A stretch of 64,000 bases of DNA from positions 9,862 to 73,861 of the forward strand of contig JBMYWP010000006.1 of assembly GCA_049607525.1 (NCBI GenBank), written 5' to 3'. Below are positions 39,295 through 49,870 of this stretch, piece after piece (the stretch's first letter is position 1; the number at the start of each line of letters is the position of its first letter). The DNA is from Flavobacteriales bacterium. GTDB taxonomy: Bacteria > Bacteroidota > Bacteroidia > Flavobacteriales > CAJXXR01. Below the pieces are notes generated by a model. The model was not told the DNA's origin. It saw only the letters and a program-made list of their open reading frames with translations, and ran no database searches. The position numbers and the translations under genes were made by a program.

Positions 39295-41634
39295 TTAAAA
39301 TGTCCAGTTTATACCAAAAGATGGCATGAACGGTAATTGATTTACTCTTTCGTTATTTATCTTATCGTAATAGAAAATATTCTCTCTATTTGTAATGTTT
39401 GTTATTGTAAAGTTAACTTCTAACGCTTGTTTTTTAGATAATTTAAAATCTTTAGTTAACGATAAATCTAAACGCATATAATCTGGTAATCTACCACCGT
39501 CTGGTGATCCATAAAGTGAAATTTGTTCACCATTTATTGTTACATATTCACCACTAGCTCCTGAAGGATTTAGACCTTGATAATTTGCAATAATTTGAGA
39601 GAATGGGAATCCAGATCCATAATTAAAACGCATATCTAATGTTAGAGATTTATCTTTTAAGAAGGCATAAGAAGAAGTTAAATTAATATTGTGTCTTCTG
39701 TCGTAGTGTGGGTTATATCTCTTAAACTGTTCATTTTCTAGCTCTACTAAACCATAAGAATATGTACCATTTGTAGAAAAACGTCCTTTCTTAAAGTTAA
39801 AAGATAAATCAACTCCGTAGGCTTTTCCTTTTTCGTAAATAAAATCATAAAGTTCCCAAGACAAATCTTGATTTGTTTCTGCAGCAGCAGCAGATGCCTT
39901 TGACAAATTAATATTTATCAATTGATATTTTTGCTTTAAATATCCTTCAATGTTTAAACTTAAGTTTGGTGTCACATCTATTTCTGTACCAACAACAGCA
40001 TGAAAAGTCTTTTGAAGTTCAGAATCTATATTGTCTCCATTAAAATCTCCAGGTAATCCGTTTGGTGAAGAAATAAATCCATTAAATAAATTTACAACCT
40101 GACGACCTGAGTTTGCAGCTGTCATATTTTGAGAATATGCACCAGCCGATGCTTTTAATCTTAAGTTTTCTGTTGCATTATATTTTAACGAAGCTCTTGG
40201 CTCAATTGCAAATTCATTTAAATCTGTGTACGCTGTAACTCGAAGTCCTGGTTCAAAAACCCATCTTGTAGAATTGTACTTAAATTTATAGTAACCACTA
40301 ATAAACGAAGTGTTGTTACTTAAATTAAAGTTAACAAGATTACTTTTTCTGAATTTAAATTCTGTTTTACCTCCACCAAAATTAACTCCAAGCTTAAATG
40401 ATTTTTCTTCAGATAAATTTCTCTTTACATTAAAGTTGAATTTAAACTCATTAATATTTGAGTTTTTTGGACTATTATCTACATAAGCTCCATCTATTAA
40501 TGTTTTTCCAACTTCGTTCATATCGAAACTCGAATAGTTGAAATCCATTTCAAGAATAGATAATGAATTTGGCATTACAGCAATTAAATTTCCTCCAAAA
40601 CCTGTAGAGTTCCAATCGAAACTTGTTTGAGAAGCATAATTTACTTGATCGTCAAAATTAAATCCATATAAACTTAACTTAGTTCCAGATTTAGAACCAA
40701 AAGTTACTTTACCATAAATATCGGTATATTCAAAAGGAATGGTTTCTTCTCTACTGTTTACAGCACTTTTATAAAGTGTTTTTGCAGTTTGATGAATGTA
40801 AGATTTCTTTGCACTTAAAATGAAAGTATTGTTCGAAAATCCATCTTCTTTAGGTTTAGTTAACGGACCTTCTAATGTTAATTTTGTACCAAATGTATTG
40901 GCAGAAAACTTTCCAGAAAGTCTTTTTCTGTTTCCATCTTTCGTCTTAATATCCATTACAGAAGACATTCTACCACCATATTCAGAACCAAAAGCGGCTG
41001 TATAAACATCTGCATTCTTTATTAAATCTGTATCAAAAACCGAAGTAAAACCAATACTGTGAAACGGACTATAAATTGTCATACCATCCAATAATACTAA
41101 GTTTTGAACTGGTGTTCCACCTCTAACATATAATTGACCACCTTGGTCTCCTGTAAAAACAACACCTGGTAATACTTGAATATATTGTGCTAAATCGGCC
41201 TGACCTCCAATTGAAGGGAGACGTTTTATTTCACTTGGTGTAATATTAATTTTAGAAACATTTGTCTCCGTTTTTTTCTCCTTAGCCTCTGCCGAAAGTT
41301 CTAGTTCATCTAAAACATTCTGAGATTCGGCCAAATAAACTTTTATTGATTTAGACTTCGTATTTGTTAAATCTACAGCTATCTTTTTAGTTTCATACCC
41401 AACAAAACTAATTGTAAGGTTATATTCTTTACCTTCTTGGAATGTTAAACTAAAGTACCCGTTAATATCGGTTGTTGTACCTTTACTCAATTCTTCTTCT
41501 ACAACATTGGCAAATGGTATAGGCTCACCTGTTTCTTTTTCGTACACAAACCCCTTTACAGATTGTGCTATACTTATTGATGAAGCAAATAAAAAAATAC
41601 TAAATAATAAGGAAAAAATAAATGTTCTTTTCAT
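39295..41634 (-). CDS. TonB-dependent receptor with N-terminal carboxypeptidase-regulatory-like domain
   Basis: ETGEPIPFANV, plug LPGV...LYVRGG...LVLLDG, C-terminal GINWTF. Confidence 0.92.
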   Translation of the reverse strand: MKRTFIFSLLFSIFLFASSISIAQSVKGFVYEKETGEPIPFANVVEEELSKGTTTDINGYFSLTFQEGKEYNLTISFVGYETKKIAVDLTNTKSKSIKVYLAESQNVLDELELSAEAKEKKTETNVSKINITPSEIKRLPSIGGQADLAQYIQVLPGVVFTGDQGGQLYVRGGTPVQNLVLLDGMTIYSPFHSIGFTSVFDTDLIKNADVYTAAFGSEYGGRMSSVMDIKTKDGNRKRLSGKFSANTFGTKLTLEGPLTKPKEDGFSNNTFILSAKKSYIHQTAKTLYKSAVNSREETIPFEYTDIYGKVTFGSKSGTKLSLYGFNFDDQVNYASQTSFDWNSTGFGGNLIAVMPNSLSILEMDFNYSSFDMNEVGKTLIDGAYVDNSPKNSNINEFKFNFNVKRNLSEEKSFKLGVNFGGGKTEFKFRKSNLVNFNLSNNTSFISGYYKFKYNSTRWVFEPGLRVTAYTDLNEFAIEPRASLKYNATENLRLKASAGAYSQNMTAANSGRQVVNLFNGFISSPNGLPGDFNGDNIDSELQKTFHAVVGTEIDVTPNLSLNIEGYLKQKYQLININLSKASAAAAETNQDLSWELYDFIYEKGKAYGVDLSFNFKKGRFSTNGTYSYGLVELENEQFKRYNPHYDRRHNINLTSSYAFLKDKSLTLDMRFNYGSGFPFSQIIANYQGLNPSGASGEYVTINGEQISLYGSPDGGRLPDYMRLDLSLTKDFKLSKKQALEVNFTITNITNRENIFYYDKINNERVNQLPFMPSFGINWTF

Positions 41635-41933
41635 GTGGATTTTTATTGAAACTTAGCAAATATACCCAAATATATGTATCATGTTTTTTTTTGTGAAGAA
41701 AATATTAATTTTTGTATTTAATCCTTAATTTAAGAATAATACAAACTTAGTGGTTTGGTAATTAACACTAAAAAACATAATTTAAAAACAAAACAAACAT
41801 TAACAATAATAAAAAGATGATTTTCAGACAATATAATTAACACCAATTTTTCATAACTATTATTAATTGAGAATAATATTTACTAATTTAGCGGAATACC
41901 CCCAATTTTGTTTGAATTCTTTAAACCCAATTT

Positions 41934-42632
41934 ATGCGCGCTATTCTTATAGATGACGAGACTCACGCTGTTGAAAACTTACAAATAATACTCAATGATT
42001 TCTGCAAAGGCGTAGAAGTTGTTGGTACGGCAAATGACATCCCAACAGGAGCCAGATTAATAAATTCGTGTGAGCCTGATATTGTTTTCCTTGATGTTTC
42101 CATGCCTGGAGGTACGGGGTTTGACGTATTAGCATCGGTAGATTACCTCAATTTTAAAGTTGTATTTGTTACAGCTTATGAACAATATGCCATTGAAGCC
42201 ATTCGTCATAATGCCTTCGATTATTTAATGAAACCTATTCAAATTAGCGAACTAAAACAATGTGTAGATAAAATTAAACAAGAATCTAAAACAAATCCTA
42301 CAAAAAGTAATTTACGATTAAAACTTCATACCAGCGATTCTATAGAATTTGTAAACATTGAAGATATTATGTATTGTAAATCTGACAATGCCTATTGTGA
42401 AATATACACAAAATCTGGCCGTAAGCTGACGTTTACCAAAAAGATGAAAGATTTAGAATCTCAACTTCCCGAAAATTTATTTATGCGCTGTCACAATTCT
42501 CATATCATAAATAAGACTTTTGTGGTAAAATACAATAAAGCCGATGGAGGTTCTATTGTGTTAGATAATAACATTCACATTCCTTTAGCAAGGGCTAGAA
42601 AAGAAAAAGTTTTAGAATGGTTGGAGTATTAA
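41934..42632 (+). CDS. LytTR family response regulator
   Basis: Receiver IDDE...FLDVSMP...YLMKP and LytTR FMRCHNSHIIN. Confidence 0.95.
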   Translation: MRAILIDDETHAVENLQIILNDFCKGVEVVGTANDIPTGARLINSCEPDIVFLDVSMPGGTGFDVLASVDYLNFKVVFVTAYEQYAIEAIRHNAFDYLMKPIQISELKQCVDKIKQESKTNPTKSNLRLKLHTSDSIEFVNIEDIMYCKSDNAYCEIYTKSGRKLTFTKKMKDLESQLPENLFMRCHNSHIINKTFVVKYNKADGGSIVLDNNIHIPLARARKEKVLEWLEY

Positions 42633-42773
42633 CTCCAACTTTTTTTTGCTTTAAATTCTCGTCATTTCTTTTTGGCATTTTTGCATTAATAAGCTTTTAT
42701 TGATAATTATTTTCAATTCAACAAATCTATTCAACGAACTTTATTAAATTTGTGCTCTTAAAATAGAATTCAG

Positions 42774-45221
42774 ATGAAAATAGCTTACAATTGGTTATCC
42801 AATTTTATAAAAACAGACTTAGAATTAGAGCGCGTTGGTGAAATCCTTACAGACATTGGGCTGGAAGTAGAAGGAATTGAAAAAACGTCAGGAATAGATA
42901 CTGATTTTAACAAGGTTTTTATTGGTGAGGTAACGTCTTGTAATCAACATCCTGATGCCGACAAATTAAAAGTTTGTACGGTAAATATTGGTACCGAAGA
43001 TGATTTAAATATTGTTTGCGGGGCTCCAAACGTAGATTTTGGTCAGAAAATTATTGTGGCAACACATGGTGCTGTTCTAAATCCGAATGGTGCTGAAAAA
43101 CCCTTAAAAATTAAAAAAGGGAAAATTCGTGGTCAAGTTTCTCAAGGAATGATCTGTTCTGAAGAAGAATTGGGATTACCTGTAACAAATACCGATGGAA
43201 TTTTGGTTTTGTCGCCTGATGCAATTCCTGGAGAGAGTCCGTTAACAGCATTGGCAAACAATGAAGATTACTGTATCGAGATTGGATTAACGCCAAACCG
43301 AGCAGATGCGATGTCTCATTACGGTGTAGCAAGAGACTTAAAAGCCTATTGCGATTACCATAACGTTCCGTATACATGGAATGAATTAGCAATAGAAAAG
43401 GTTGAAAATAATTTACCTGAATTTACAACAAAAATAGAGTCCGACGCTTCTTTTAGATATAGTGGTGTTACGGTTGATGGCGTAACAGTTGCGCCTTCTC
43501 CAGAATGGCTACAAGATGCTTTAAGATCTGTTGGTTTAGAACCTATAAACAATATTGTAGATGTTTCCAATTATGTGATGCATCATATGGGACAACCTCT
43601 ACACATGTTCGATTTAGAAAAAATTGAAGGTGAAACAATTGTTGTTAGAAAAGCCAAAAACGGAGAAAAAATAACAACATTAGATGAAAAGGAAGTAGAA
43701 CTTATTGATGAAGATCTGTTAATTTGTGATGCAACAAAACCATTGTGTATCGCAGGTGTTATGGGCGGATTAAATTCTGGTGTTTCCAACTCAACAACAT
43801 CTATTTTTATAGAATCGGCTTATTTTGAGCCTGTATCTATACGTAAAACAGCCAAAAGACACACCTTCCATACCGATGCTTCTTTCCGTTTTGAAAGAGG
43901 TATTGATATTAATGCAGTAAACGAAGGGTTATTCTTAGCTGTAAAACTTATTAAAGAGATTTGTCCTGAGGCGAAGGTTACATCAAAGCCGACAGACAAA
44001 TACACTCAAAAAATAAATGACTTTACTTTCGAATTTTCTCAAGATAAATGTAGAAAGTTAATCGGTAAAGACATTTCGAATAACGATATACAAAAAGCAT
44101 TACAGGTATTAAATATTTCTTTTGAAGAAAAAGAAAACAATATTTTAAACCTTTCTGTACCATCTTTTAGAAACGATGTTACAAGAGATGTTGATATTGT
44201 TGAAGAAGTTTTAAGATTAATAGGATATAATTCTGTCGAAATTCCTACTCGATTTAAAGCTTCGCTAGAAATATATGATGGCGTTAATGAATTGGAAGTA
44301 TTTAATAAAGTAGCTGACACCTTGGTTGCAAATGGTTTTAACGAAGCCATGAATAATTCTTTAACAAAGTCTGATTATTTAGATTTATTCGAAGAGTTTA
44401 AATCTGAATCGGCTGTTGAAATATTGAACCCATTAAGTAAAGATTTATCTTTTATGAGACAATCTTTATTGCCAGGGCTTTTAGAAAATACAGCATATAA
44501 CTTTAACCGTCAGAATAAAAGTGTACGCTTTTTTGAATTTGGAAAAGTTTATAATTCATTTAACAATGAATATCACGAAGAAAAGAAACTTTCTTTATTA
44601 ATTTCTGGAGAATACAAGTCAAACTCTTGGAACGAAGATAAGGAAGTGTCTAACTTTTATCATTTAAAATCTGCAATTGAGCGTGTTTTAGAAAAATTAG
44701 GTCTACTGAGTAGAACCAAACAAAAAGACGTGGATTTCTCAGGTTTTTTAGATGGCGTTTCTTATAAAGTTAAAAAACAAGAAATTGCACGTATTGGTAT
44801 TGTTAGTCCAAAAGTAAATAAAGCTACTGGTTTAAAAAAGGGAGAATGTTTTTACGCAGAACTTCATTGGGATACAATAATATCTCTGCTTTCTCAAACC
44901 ATTACATTTAATAGTATTCCAAAATTCCCAACGGTAAGTAGAGATTTAGCCTTAGTTATGGATAAAAGTGTTTCATTTGCAGACATTCAATCCATCGCTT
45001 TCGAATCAGACAAGAAAATATTGAAAAATGTTGATATTTTTGATGTATATACCGGTGATAAAATTCTGGAATCCCAAAAATCTTACGCTATTAGCTTCAC
45101 GTTCCAAGACCCAAACAAAACTTTAGTTGATAAACAAGTTGACCAAAGCATATTAAAAATCTTCAATAATTTGAAGAAACGTTTAGGACTTGAATTGAGA
45201 GACGGAGAATTAAAAGCTTAA
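42774..45221 (+). CDS. pheT: Phenylalanine--tRNA ligase beta subunit
   Basis: HPDADKL, IVCGAPNV, TPNRAD, RFERG and FDX-ACB FPTVSRDLA. Confidence 0.98.
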   Translation: MKIAYNWLSNFIKTDLELERVGEILTDIGLEVEGIEKTSGIDTDFNKVFIGEVTSCNQHPDADKLKVCTVNIGTEDDLNIVCGAPNVDFGQKIIVATHGAVLNPNGAEKPLKIKKGKIRGQVSQGMICSEEELGLPVTNTDGILVLSPDAIPGESPLTALANNEDYCIEIGLTPNRADAMSHYGVARDLKAYCDYHNVPYTWNELAIEKVENNLPEFTTKIESDASFRYSGVTVDGVTVAPSPEWLQDALRSVGLEPINNIVDVSNYVMHHMGQPLHMFDLEKIEGETIVVRKAKNGEKITTLDEKEVELIDEDLLICDATKPLCIAGVMGGLNSGVSNSTTSIFIESAYFEPVSIRKTAKRHTFHTDASFRFERGIDINAVNEGLFLAVKLIKEICPEAKVTSKPTDKYTQKINDFTFEFSQDKCRKLIGKDISNNDIQKALQVLNISFEEKENNILNLSVPSFRNDVTRDVDIVEEVLRLIGYNSVEIPTRFKASLEIYDGVNELEVFNKVADTLVANGFNEAMNNSLTKSDYLDLFEEFKSESAVEILNPLSKDLSFMRQSLLPGLLENTAYNFNRQNKSVRFFEFGKVYNSFNNEYHEEKKLSLLISGEYKSNSWNEDKEVSNFYHLKSAIERVLEKLGLLSRTKQKDVDFSGFLDGVSYKVKKQEIARIGIVSPKVNKATGLKKGECFYAELHWDTIISLLSQTITFNSIPKFPTVSRDLALVMDKSVSFADIQSIAFESDKKILKNVDIFDVYTGDKILESQKSYAISFTFQDPNKTLVDKQVDQSILKIFNNLKKRLGLELRDGELKA

Positions 45222-45229
45222 TCAAAACA

Positions 45230-45263
45230 AAAAAAATAGTCCTTTTTCAAGGACTATTTTTTT
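45230..45263. terminator. pheT terminator, symmetrical
   Basis: aaaaaaatagtcctt-tttc-aaggactattttttt. Confidence 0.85.
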
Positions 45264-45455
45264 GATTTAGAAATTTAGATGTTAATCTTAGGTTGCCTAA
45301 ATATACGTTTATTTTTGAAACTTGCAATATTGCGAGAAAATTAAGCTTAGATTAACCTTATGAGTCAAGACATCTTTTTTCCCATTAAAAAAATGTAACT
45401 TTAACCTTAACAAAACCAAAAAAGAAAAGGTTTTATTGAGTTAGCAGATTCTGGA

Positions 45456-45989
45456 ATGAAACAAAAAATTATATTGGCTGGTGGACCGAGCACTGGAAAA
45501 AGCAGCGTAATAAACGAACTTAAGGCTAAGGGTTATCCATGTTTAGACGAAAGCTTTCGTGAGCTTTTAGATAAGGAAAGAGAAAATGACACAGGTGTCA
45601 ATTTTGGTAATACACCTTTAGAATTTAGTTATTCCATTTACAGATCGAGGTATGCTCAATATGTTGAAGGCGATAAATTTCCCGTGAGTTTTTACGACAG
45701 AAGTCTAATTGATGTATTGGCTTATTTAGACATGGAACATATTGCCTATCCTTTAGAATGGCAAAAAACCATAGAAGAAAAAAAATACCACACCAAAGTT
45801 TTTTATTTTCCGATGTGGAAAGACATCTACACTCAAGACGAACACCGATTAGAAAGTTGGGAAGAAGCCCTAAAAGTAGACAAAGCCATCCGTAAAAAAT
45901 ACATTTACGAAGGGTATGATCTTATTGAAGTTCCGTTGATGAAAGTTGAGGAACGCACAGAATTTATATTAAAAAAATGTTTCAGTTAA
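45456..45989 (+). CDS. P-loop ATPase/kinase (AAA_28, NadR/Ttd14-like)
   Basis: GGPSTGKS, FYDRSLID, IYTQDEHRLE motifs. Confidence 0.85.
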   Translation: MKQKIILAGGPSTGKSSVINELKAKGYPCLDESFRELLDKERENDTGVNFGNTPLEFSYSIYRSRYAQYVEGDKFPVSFYDRSLIDVLAYLDMEHIAYPLEWQKTIEEKKYHTKVFYFPMWKDIYTQDEHRLESWEEALKVDKAIRKKYIYEGYDLIEVPLMKVEERTEFILKKCFS

Positions 45990-47872
45990 AATGTGAGCAA
46001 ACTTTAAAAGAATACTGGGGCTATGACAGTTTTAGGCTAAAACAATGGGAAGTAATAGAGCAAGTTTTAAACAAACAAGACGCTATTGTTCTTTTCCCAA
46101 CTGGAGGTGGTAAGTCTATTTGTTACCAAATTCCAGGCCTCATAAACCCCGGTTTATGCTTAGTTATAAGTCCGCTTATTTCTTTAATGAAAGATCAGGT
46201 CGATGAATTGCTTTCCAGGAATATTAGGGCTCGCTTTTTATCTTCAGACACACATTTAAACGATAGAATTGCCATTTGGAACTCTGCGCAAAAAGGAACT
46301 TTAAAGTTTCTTTTTCTTTCTCCAGAATCTCTATCGAACCCAAATATTATAGCCGAATTAAATGCGACTCATATTAATTTGGTCGCTATAGATGAAGCCC
46401 ACTGTATTTCGGAATGGGGACACGATTTCAGACCGAGCTACCTCTCCATTCATGAATCGTTAAACCAACTCAGTCCAAAAATTCCTAGAATTGCTCTAAC
46501 GGCAACGGCTACACCAAAAGTTCTTGAAGAAATAGGTCATAAACTCGATTTAAGACATCCAGTAACTTTTCAATCCAGTTTTAAACGGAAAAACCTGGCG
46601 TATTTTGTGATTAAAAATCCAAATTCATTCCCAATCATTGAACGCATTATTAAAAAAAATAAAGGAAGTGGAATAATATATGCCAATAGCCGGAATAAAT
46701 GCCACCAAATAGAATCTTGGTTATCGAGTAAAAAAATACAAGCTAAGGCCTACCATGCAGGATTAAATGCCGACCAAAGAACAGATGTACAAAACAAATG
46801 GAAACATGGCGAGGTGCCCATTGTTGTTGCAACAAATGCATTTGGTATGGGTATTAACAAAGAAGATGTACGTTGGGTTATTCACATTGATCCACCACAA
46901 AATTGTGAAGCTTATTTTCAGGAAGCAGGTAGAGCAGGTAGAGATGGTAAAAAAGCTTTTGCGGTATTATTTGCCACAAATGAACGTGCCGAATGGTTAA
47001 CAAATCAGGAAAAGAACTTATTAACTCAAGATAAGCTAAAACATTTTGTTTCGGCATTTTATACGCATTTCCATATTCCGTTAAACCAAGGCGATGGGAA
47101 AAAGTATATTTTAAATTTTGATGAATTTTACAAAAAACGAAAAATAAGTAAATCCCAAACAAAACGGTATTTAGAACATTTAAAACATCACGAATTTTTG
47201 TCTTATACCAATTTTGATAAAGGAGAATTGTATTTCCGATTCAAAAAAATTGAATTTAACCCCGATTATTTTAACGATCAACAAGATGTTCTTTTTGACC
47301 TTTTTGAATTACTTATAAGAAAATATACACATAAACATTTCGAATACATTCCAATAGATTCTTCATTCATTGCAAGTAAACTTCGTCTGTATCCCGATAA
47401 AGTCATCAGACTTTTTGAGCAATTACAAACGCTCAAACTAATTGAAGTCCGTAAAAAGGACGACTGTATTGTTCAACTGAAAATGAACAGAGCAAAGCAA
47501 CAAAATAGTTTCTTAGGTCTCGAGAAATTAGATCAGATAAACGATAACAAAATTCAACAAGCCTATTCTATGCAAAAATACATTCAGAACACTGAATTTT
47601 GTAGAACGGCATGGATGATGAATTATTTTAACGAAAATAATAATTTCGAATGTGGAATTTGCGACATTTGCGTTGAAAAGAAAAGCGACCCAATTGATCG
47701 AAAGAAAATAAAGCAAGCTTTAGAAATCTATTTATCTGAACCCATAGATATTCAAGATTTGTTAGCAGAATTTAAGCAGGAAAATCACACGTGGATTAAA
47801 ACGTATATAAATCAGTTGGCTTTAAACGAGAAAATTGAAATAAAAAACCAATTTATTTACCCAATAAAATGA
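45977..47872 (+). CDS. RecQ family ATP-dependent DNA helicase (no HRDC domain)
   Basis: PTGGGKS, DEAHCISEWGHDFRP, QEAGRAGRDG and C-terminal CR...CGICDIC. Confidence 0.93.
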   Translation: MFQLKCEQTLKEYWGYDSFRLKQWEVIEQVLNKQDAIVLFPTGGGKSICYQIPGLINPGLCLVISPLISLMKDQVDELLSRNIRARFLSSDTHLNDRIAIWNSAQKGTLKFLFLSPESLSNPNIIAELNATHINLVAIDEAHCISEWGHDFRPSYLSIHESLNQLSPKIPRIALTATATPKVLEEIGHKLDLRHPVTFQSSFKRKNLAYFVIKNPNSFPIIERIIKKNKGSGIIYANSRNKCHQIESWLSSKKIQAKAYHAGLNADQRTDVQNKWKHGEVPIVVATNAFGMGINKEDVRWVIHIDPPQNCEAYFQEAGRAGRDGKKAFAVLFATNERAEWLTNQEKNLLTQDKLKHFVSAFYTHFHIPLNQGDGKKYILNFDEFYKKRKISKSQTKRYLEHLKHHEFLSYTNFDKGELYFRFKKIEFNPDYFNDQQDVLFDLFELLIRKYTHKHFEYIPIDSSFIASKLRLYPDKVIRLFEQLQTLKLIEVRKKDDCIVQLKMNRAKQQNSFLGLEKLDQINDNKIQQAYSMQKYIQNTEFCRTAWMMNYFNENNNFECGICDICVEKKSDPIDRKKIKQALEIYLSEPIDIQDLLAEFKQENHTWIKTYINQLALNEKIEIKNQFIYPIK

Positions 47873-48837
47873 AAACAAACCAAAAGATCGTGTTCATGGG
47901 AACACCAGATTTTGCAGCGCATATATTAAATGACCTTGTAGACAAAAACCATAATGTAGTTGGTGTCATTACCACGCCAGACAAACCAGCTGGAAGAGGT
48001 TATAAAATTCAACAATCTGCTGTAAAAAAAGTTGCTTTAAAGCATGAATTAACACTTCTTCAACCCGAGAAATTAAAGGACGAAGAATTCATTCAATCTT
48101 TACAAGCACTAGAAGCCGATGTTTTTGTTGTTATTGCATTTAGAATGTTACCAAAAGTTGTTTGGAATATGCCAAAGCACGGCACGTTCAATCTACACGC
48201 TTCTCTCCTACCTCAATACCGCGGAGCTGCTCCTATACATTGGGCGGTTGTTAATGGTGAAACCGAAACTGGTGTTACCACCTTTTTTATTGACGAAAAA
48301 ATTGATACTGGTGAAATTATTGCAAATAAAACCTGTAAAATTGAAGAAAACGATACTGTAGGTAAACTGCATGATAAACTCATGTTGATTGGTTCGGACT
48401 TGGTACATGAAACTCTTTTGGATATTGAATCTGGAAATGTTAAACCTATTCCGCAAGAACAATTGGTTACAAAACACCAATTAGAACTTAAAGAAGCACC
48501 GAAACTTTTTAAAAGCAATTGCCAATTAAATTTCAACTTACCTACCAAAGAAGTTTACAATAAAATAAGAGGACTAAACCCTTTTCCTGGGGCTTGGACA
48601 AAACTAACGACCGAAAACGAAAAATCGAAGCAACTAAAATGTTACGAATGTCGTTTTGAACTGGTTGATCATAATTTGGAAATTGGACAATTTATTTTTG
48701 AAAACAAAGAGGTGAAAATTGCTTGTTTGGATGGATTTATTTTATTGGACCAACTCCAGTTAGAAGGAAAGAAAAGAATGAAAGCTCTAGATTTTGCTAG
48801 AGGTTTTAATTTTGACAAAACATATTTACTTAAATAA
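47869..48837 (+). CDS. fmt: Methionyl-tRNA formyltransferase
   Basis: FMGTPDFA and NLHASLLPQYRGAAPI motifs. Confidence 0.97.
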   Translation: MKTNQKIVFMGTPDFAAHILNDLVDKNHNVVGVITTPDKPAGRGYKIQQSAVKKVALKHELTLLQPEKLKDEEFIQSLQALEADVFVVIAFRMLPKVVWNMPKHGTFNLHASLLPQYRGAAPIHWAVVNGETETGVTTFFIDEKIDTGEIIANKTCKIEENDTVGKLHDKLMLIGSDLVHETLLDIESGNVKPIPQEQLVTKHQLELKEAPKLFKSNCQLNFNLPTKEVYNKIRGLNPFPGAWTKLTTENEKSKQLKCYECRFELVDHNLEIGQFIFENKEVKIACLDGFILLDQLQLEGKKRMKALDFARGFNFDKTYLLK

Positions 48838-48910
48838 ATCTTGCATATCATTTCACTAATCGTCTAAATGAGAGGTGTTAAAATAATGTTATACAATGGT
48901 ATTTATTTAG

Positions 48911-48962
48911 TAAATTTGCCAAGTATGATTTTTATCAATTCTATTTTACAATAGGATTGATA
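48911..48962 (+). promoter_or_regulatory. -7 promoter element followed by an operator-like inverted repeat
   Basis: TAAATTTG (48911-48918), then tatcaattctatt-ttac-aataggattgata (48933-48962, 13-bp arms, one mismatch). Confidence 0.5.
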
Positions 48963-49039
48963 CTTTTGATATCACTTTTTATACAAATGTATGTTTCAAT
49001 GTTGTATAGAATCTTATTAGACTTCAAAACCTAAACCAA

Positions 49040-49744
49040 ATGAGTAAACTAAATAAACTAGTCGAATTTCTAAAACAAGAAAAAGACGTAAAACCAGTAG
49101 ACATCAAAACTTTTCTTAAGGATTTAAAATTGGAAGTATCTGATTTAATGCCTTGGGCAGATTTTGATCATCCAAAACACGAAGGATACGGAAGAAAATT
49201 AGTTCATCAAGAATCTAACTTCGAAGTTATGGTTATGTCTTGGCAACCAAATGACTTTTCAGGAGTGCATAACCACGGGTATACACAATGGGGAGCTGTT
49301 CAGGTTTTTGGAAATGCATCACACTATATTTACAAACTCGATAAAAACAACGACATTACGTTAGCACGTAAAGAAAGTTTTGAATATGGAGATGTTGCCA
49401 TGGTAAATAATGCACTTATTCACCAAATGGGAAATCAAACGGTAAATCCTTATTTGAGTTTACATATTTACGGAACAATTGATCCGTGTGAAGAAATTAC
49501 AGGAGATTCTAAAATATATGAGATTGAAAAAGGAAGAATTGTAGCAACAACTGGTGGTGCATTTTTTCAACTTGATGAAAATGAAGTGACTCATGTTTCG
49601 GAATTGACATGTAAAGAAGAAGCTACAATAAATGAATTTGCAGCAACTTTACTTCCAAAATCAACACATTTTTCTGATGCTAAAAAAGAATCTATTGTTG
49701 AATGGAGTAAAAAGAATTTGTTCCAAGCAACAGCTTCTGTTTAA
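49040..49744 (+). CDS. Cysteine dioxygenase family (thiol dioxygenase) protein
   Basis: YGRKL, W.P..FSGVHNH, IHQM and SLHIY give the 3-His iron site and Ser-His-Tyr motif. Confidence 0.87.
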   Translation: MSKLNKLVEFLKQEKDVKPVDIKTFLKDLKLEVSDLMPWADFDHPKHEGYGRKLVHQESNFEVMVMSWQPNDFSGVHNHGYTQWGAVQVFGNASHYIYKLDKNNDITLARKESFEYGDVAMVNNALIHQMGNQTVNPYLSLHIYGTIDPCEEITGDSKIYEIEKGRIVATTGGAFFQLDENEVTHVSELTCKEEATINEFAATLLPKSTHFSDAKKESIVEWSKKNLFQATASV

Positions 49745-49763
49745 CAACAAGAAAATAAAACAT

Positions 49764-49794
49764 AAAAAAAGAGTCTGATTTAGACTCTTTTTTT
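49764..49794 (+). terminator. Rho-independent terminator
   Basis: aaaaaaagagtct-gattt-agactcttttttt. Confidence 0.85.
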
Positions 49795-49870
49795 ATATCA
49801 AAACACCAACTGACACTAATTGACACTCATCATCCTTATCTTTGTTATAGAAATTAAAAACGAAGAAGTT

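Noticed and set aside
41934-42632. Orphan LytTR regulator as a special system
   Set aside because: Orphan LytTR regulators are abundant in this phylum and no convincing binding repeats were found nearby.
42774-45221. pheT without pheS
   Set aside because: The two genes are usually unlinked in Bacteroidota.
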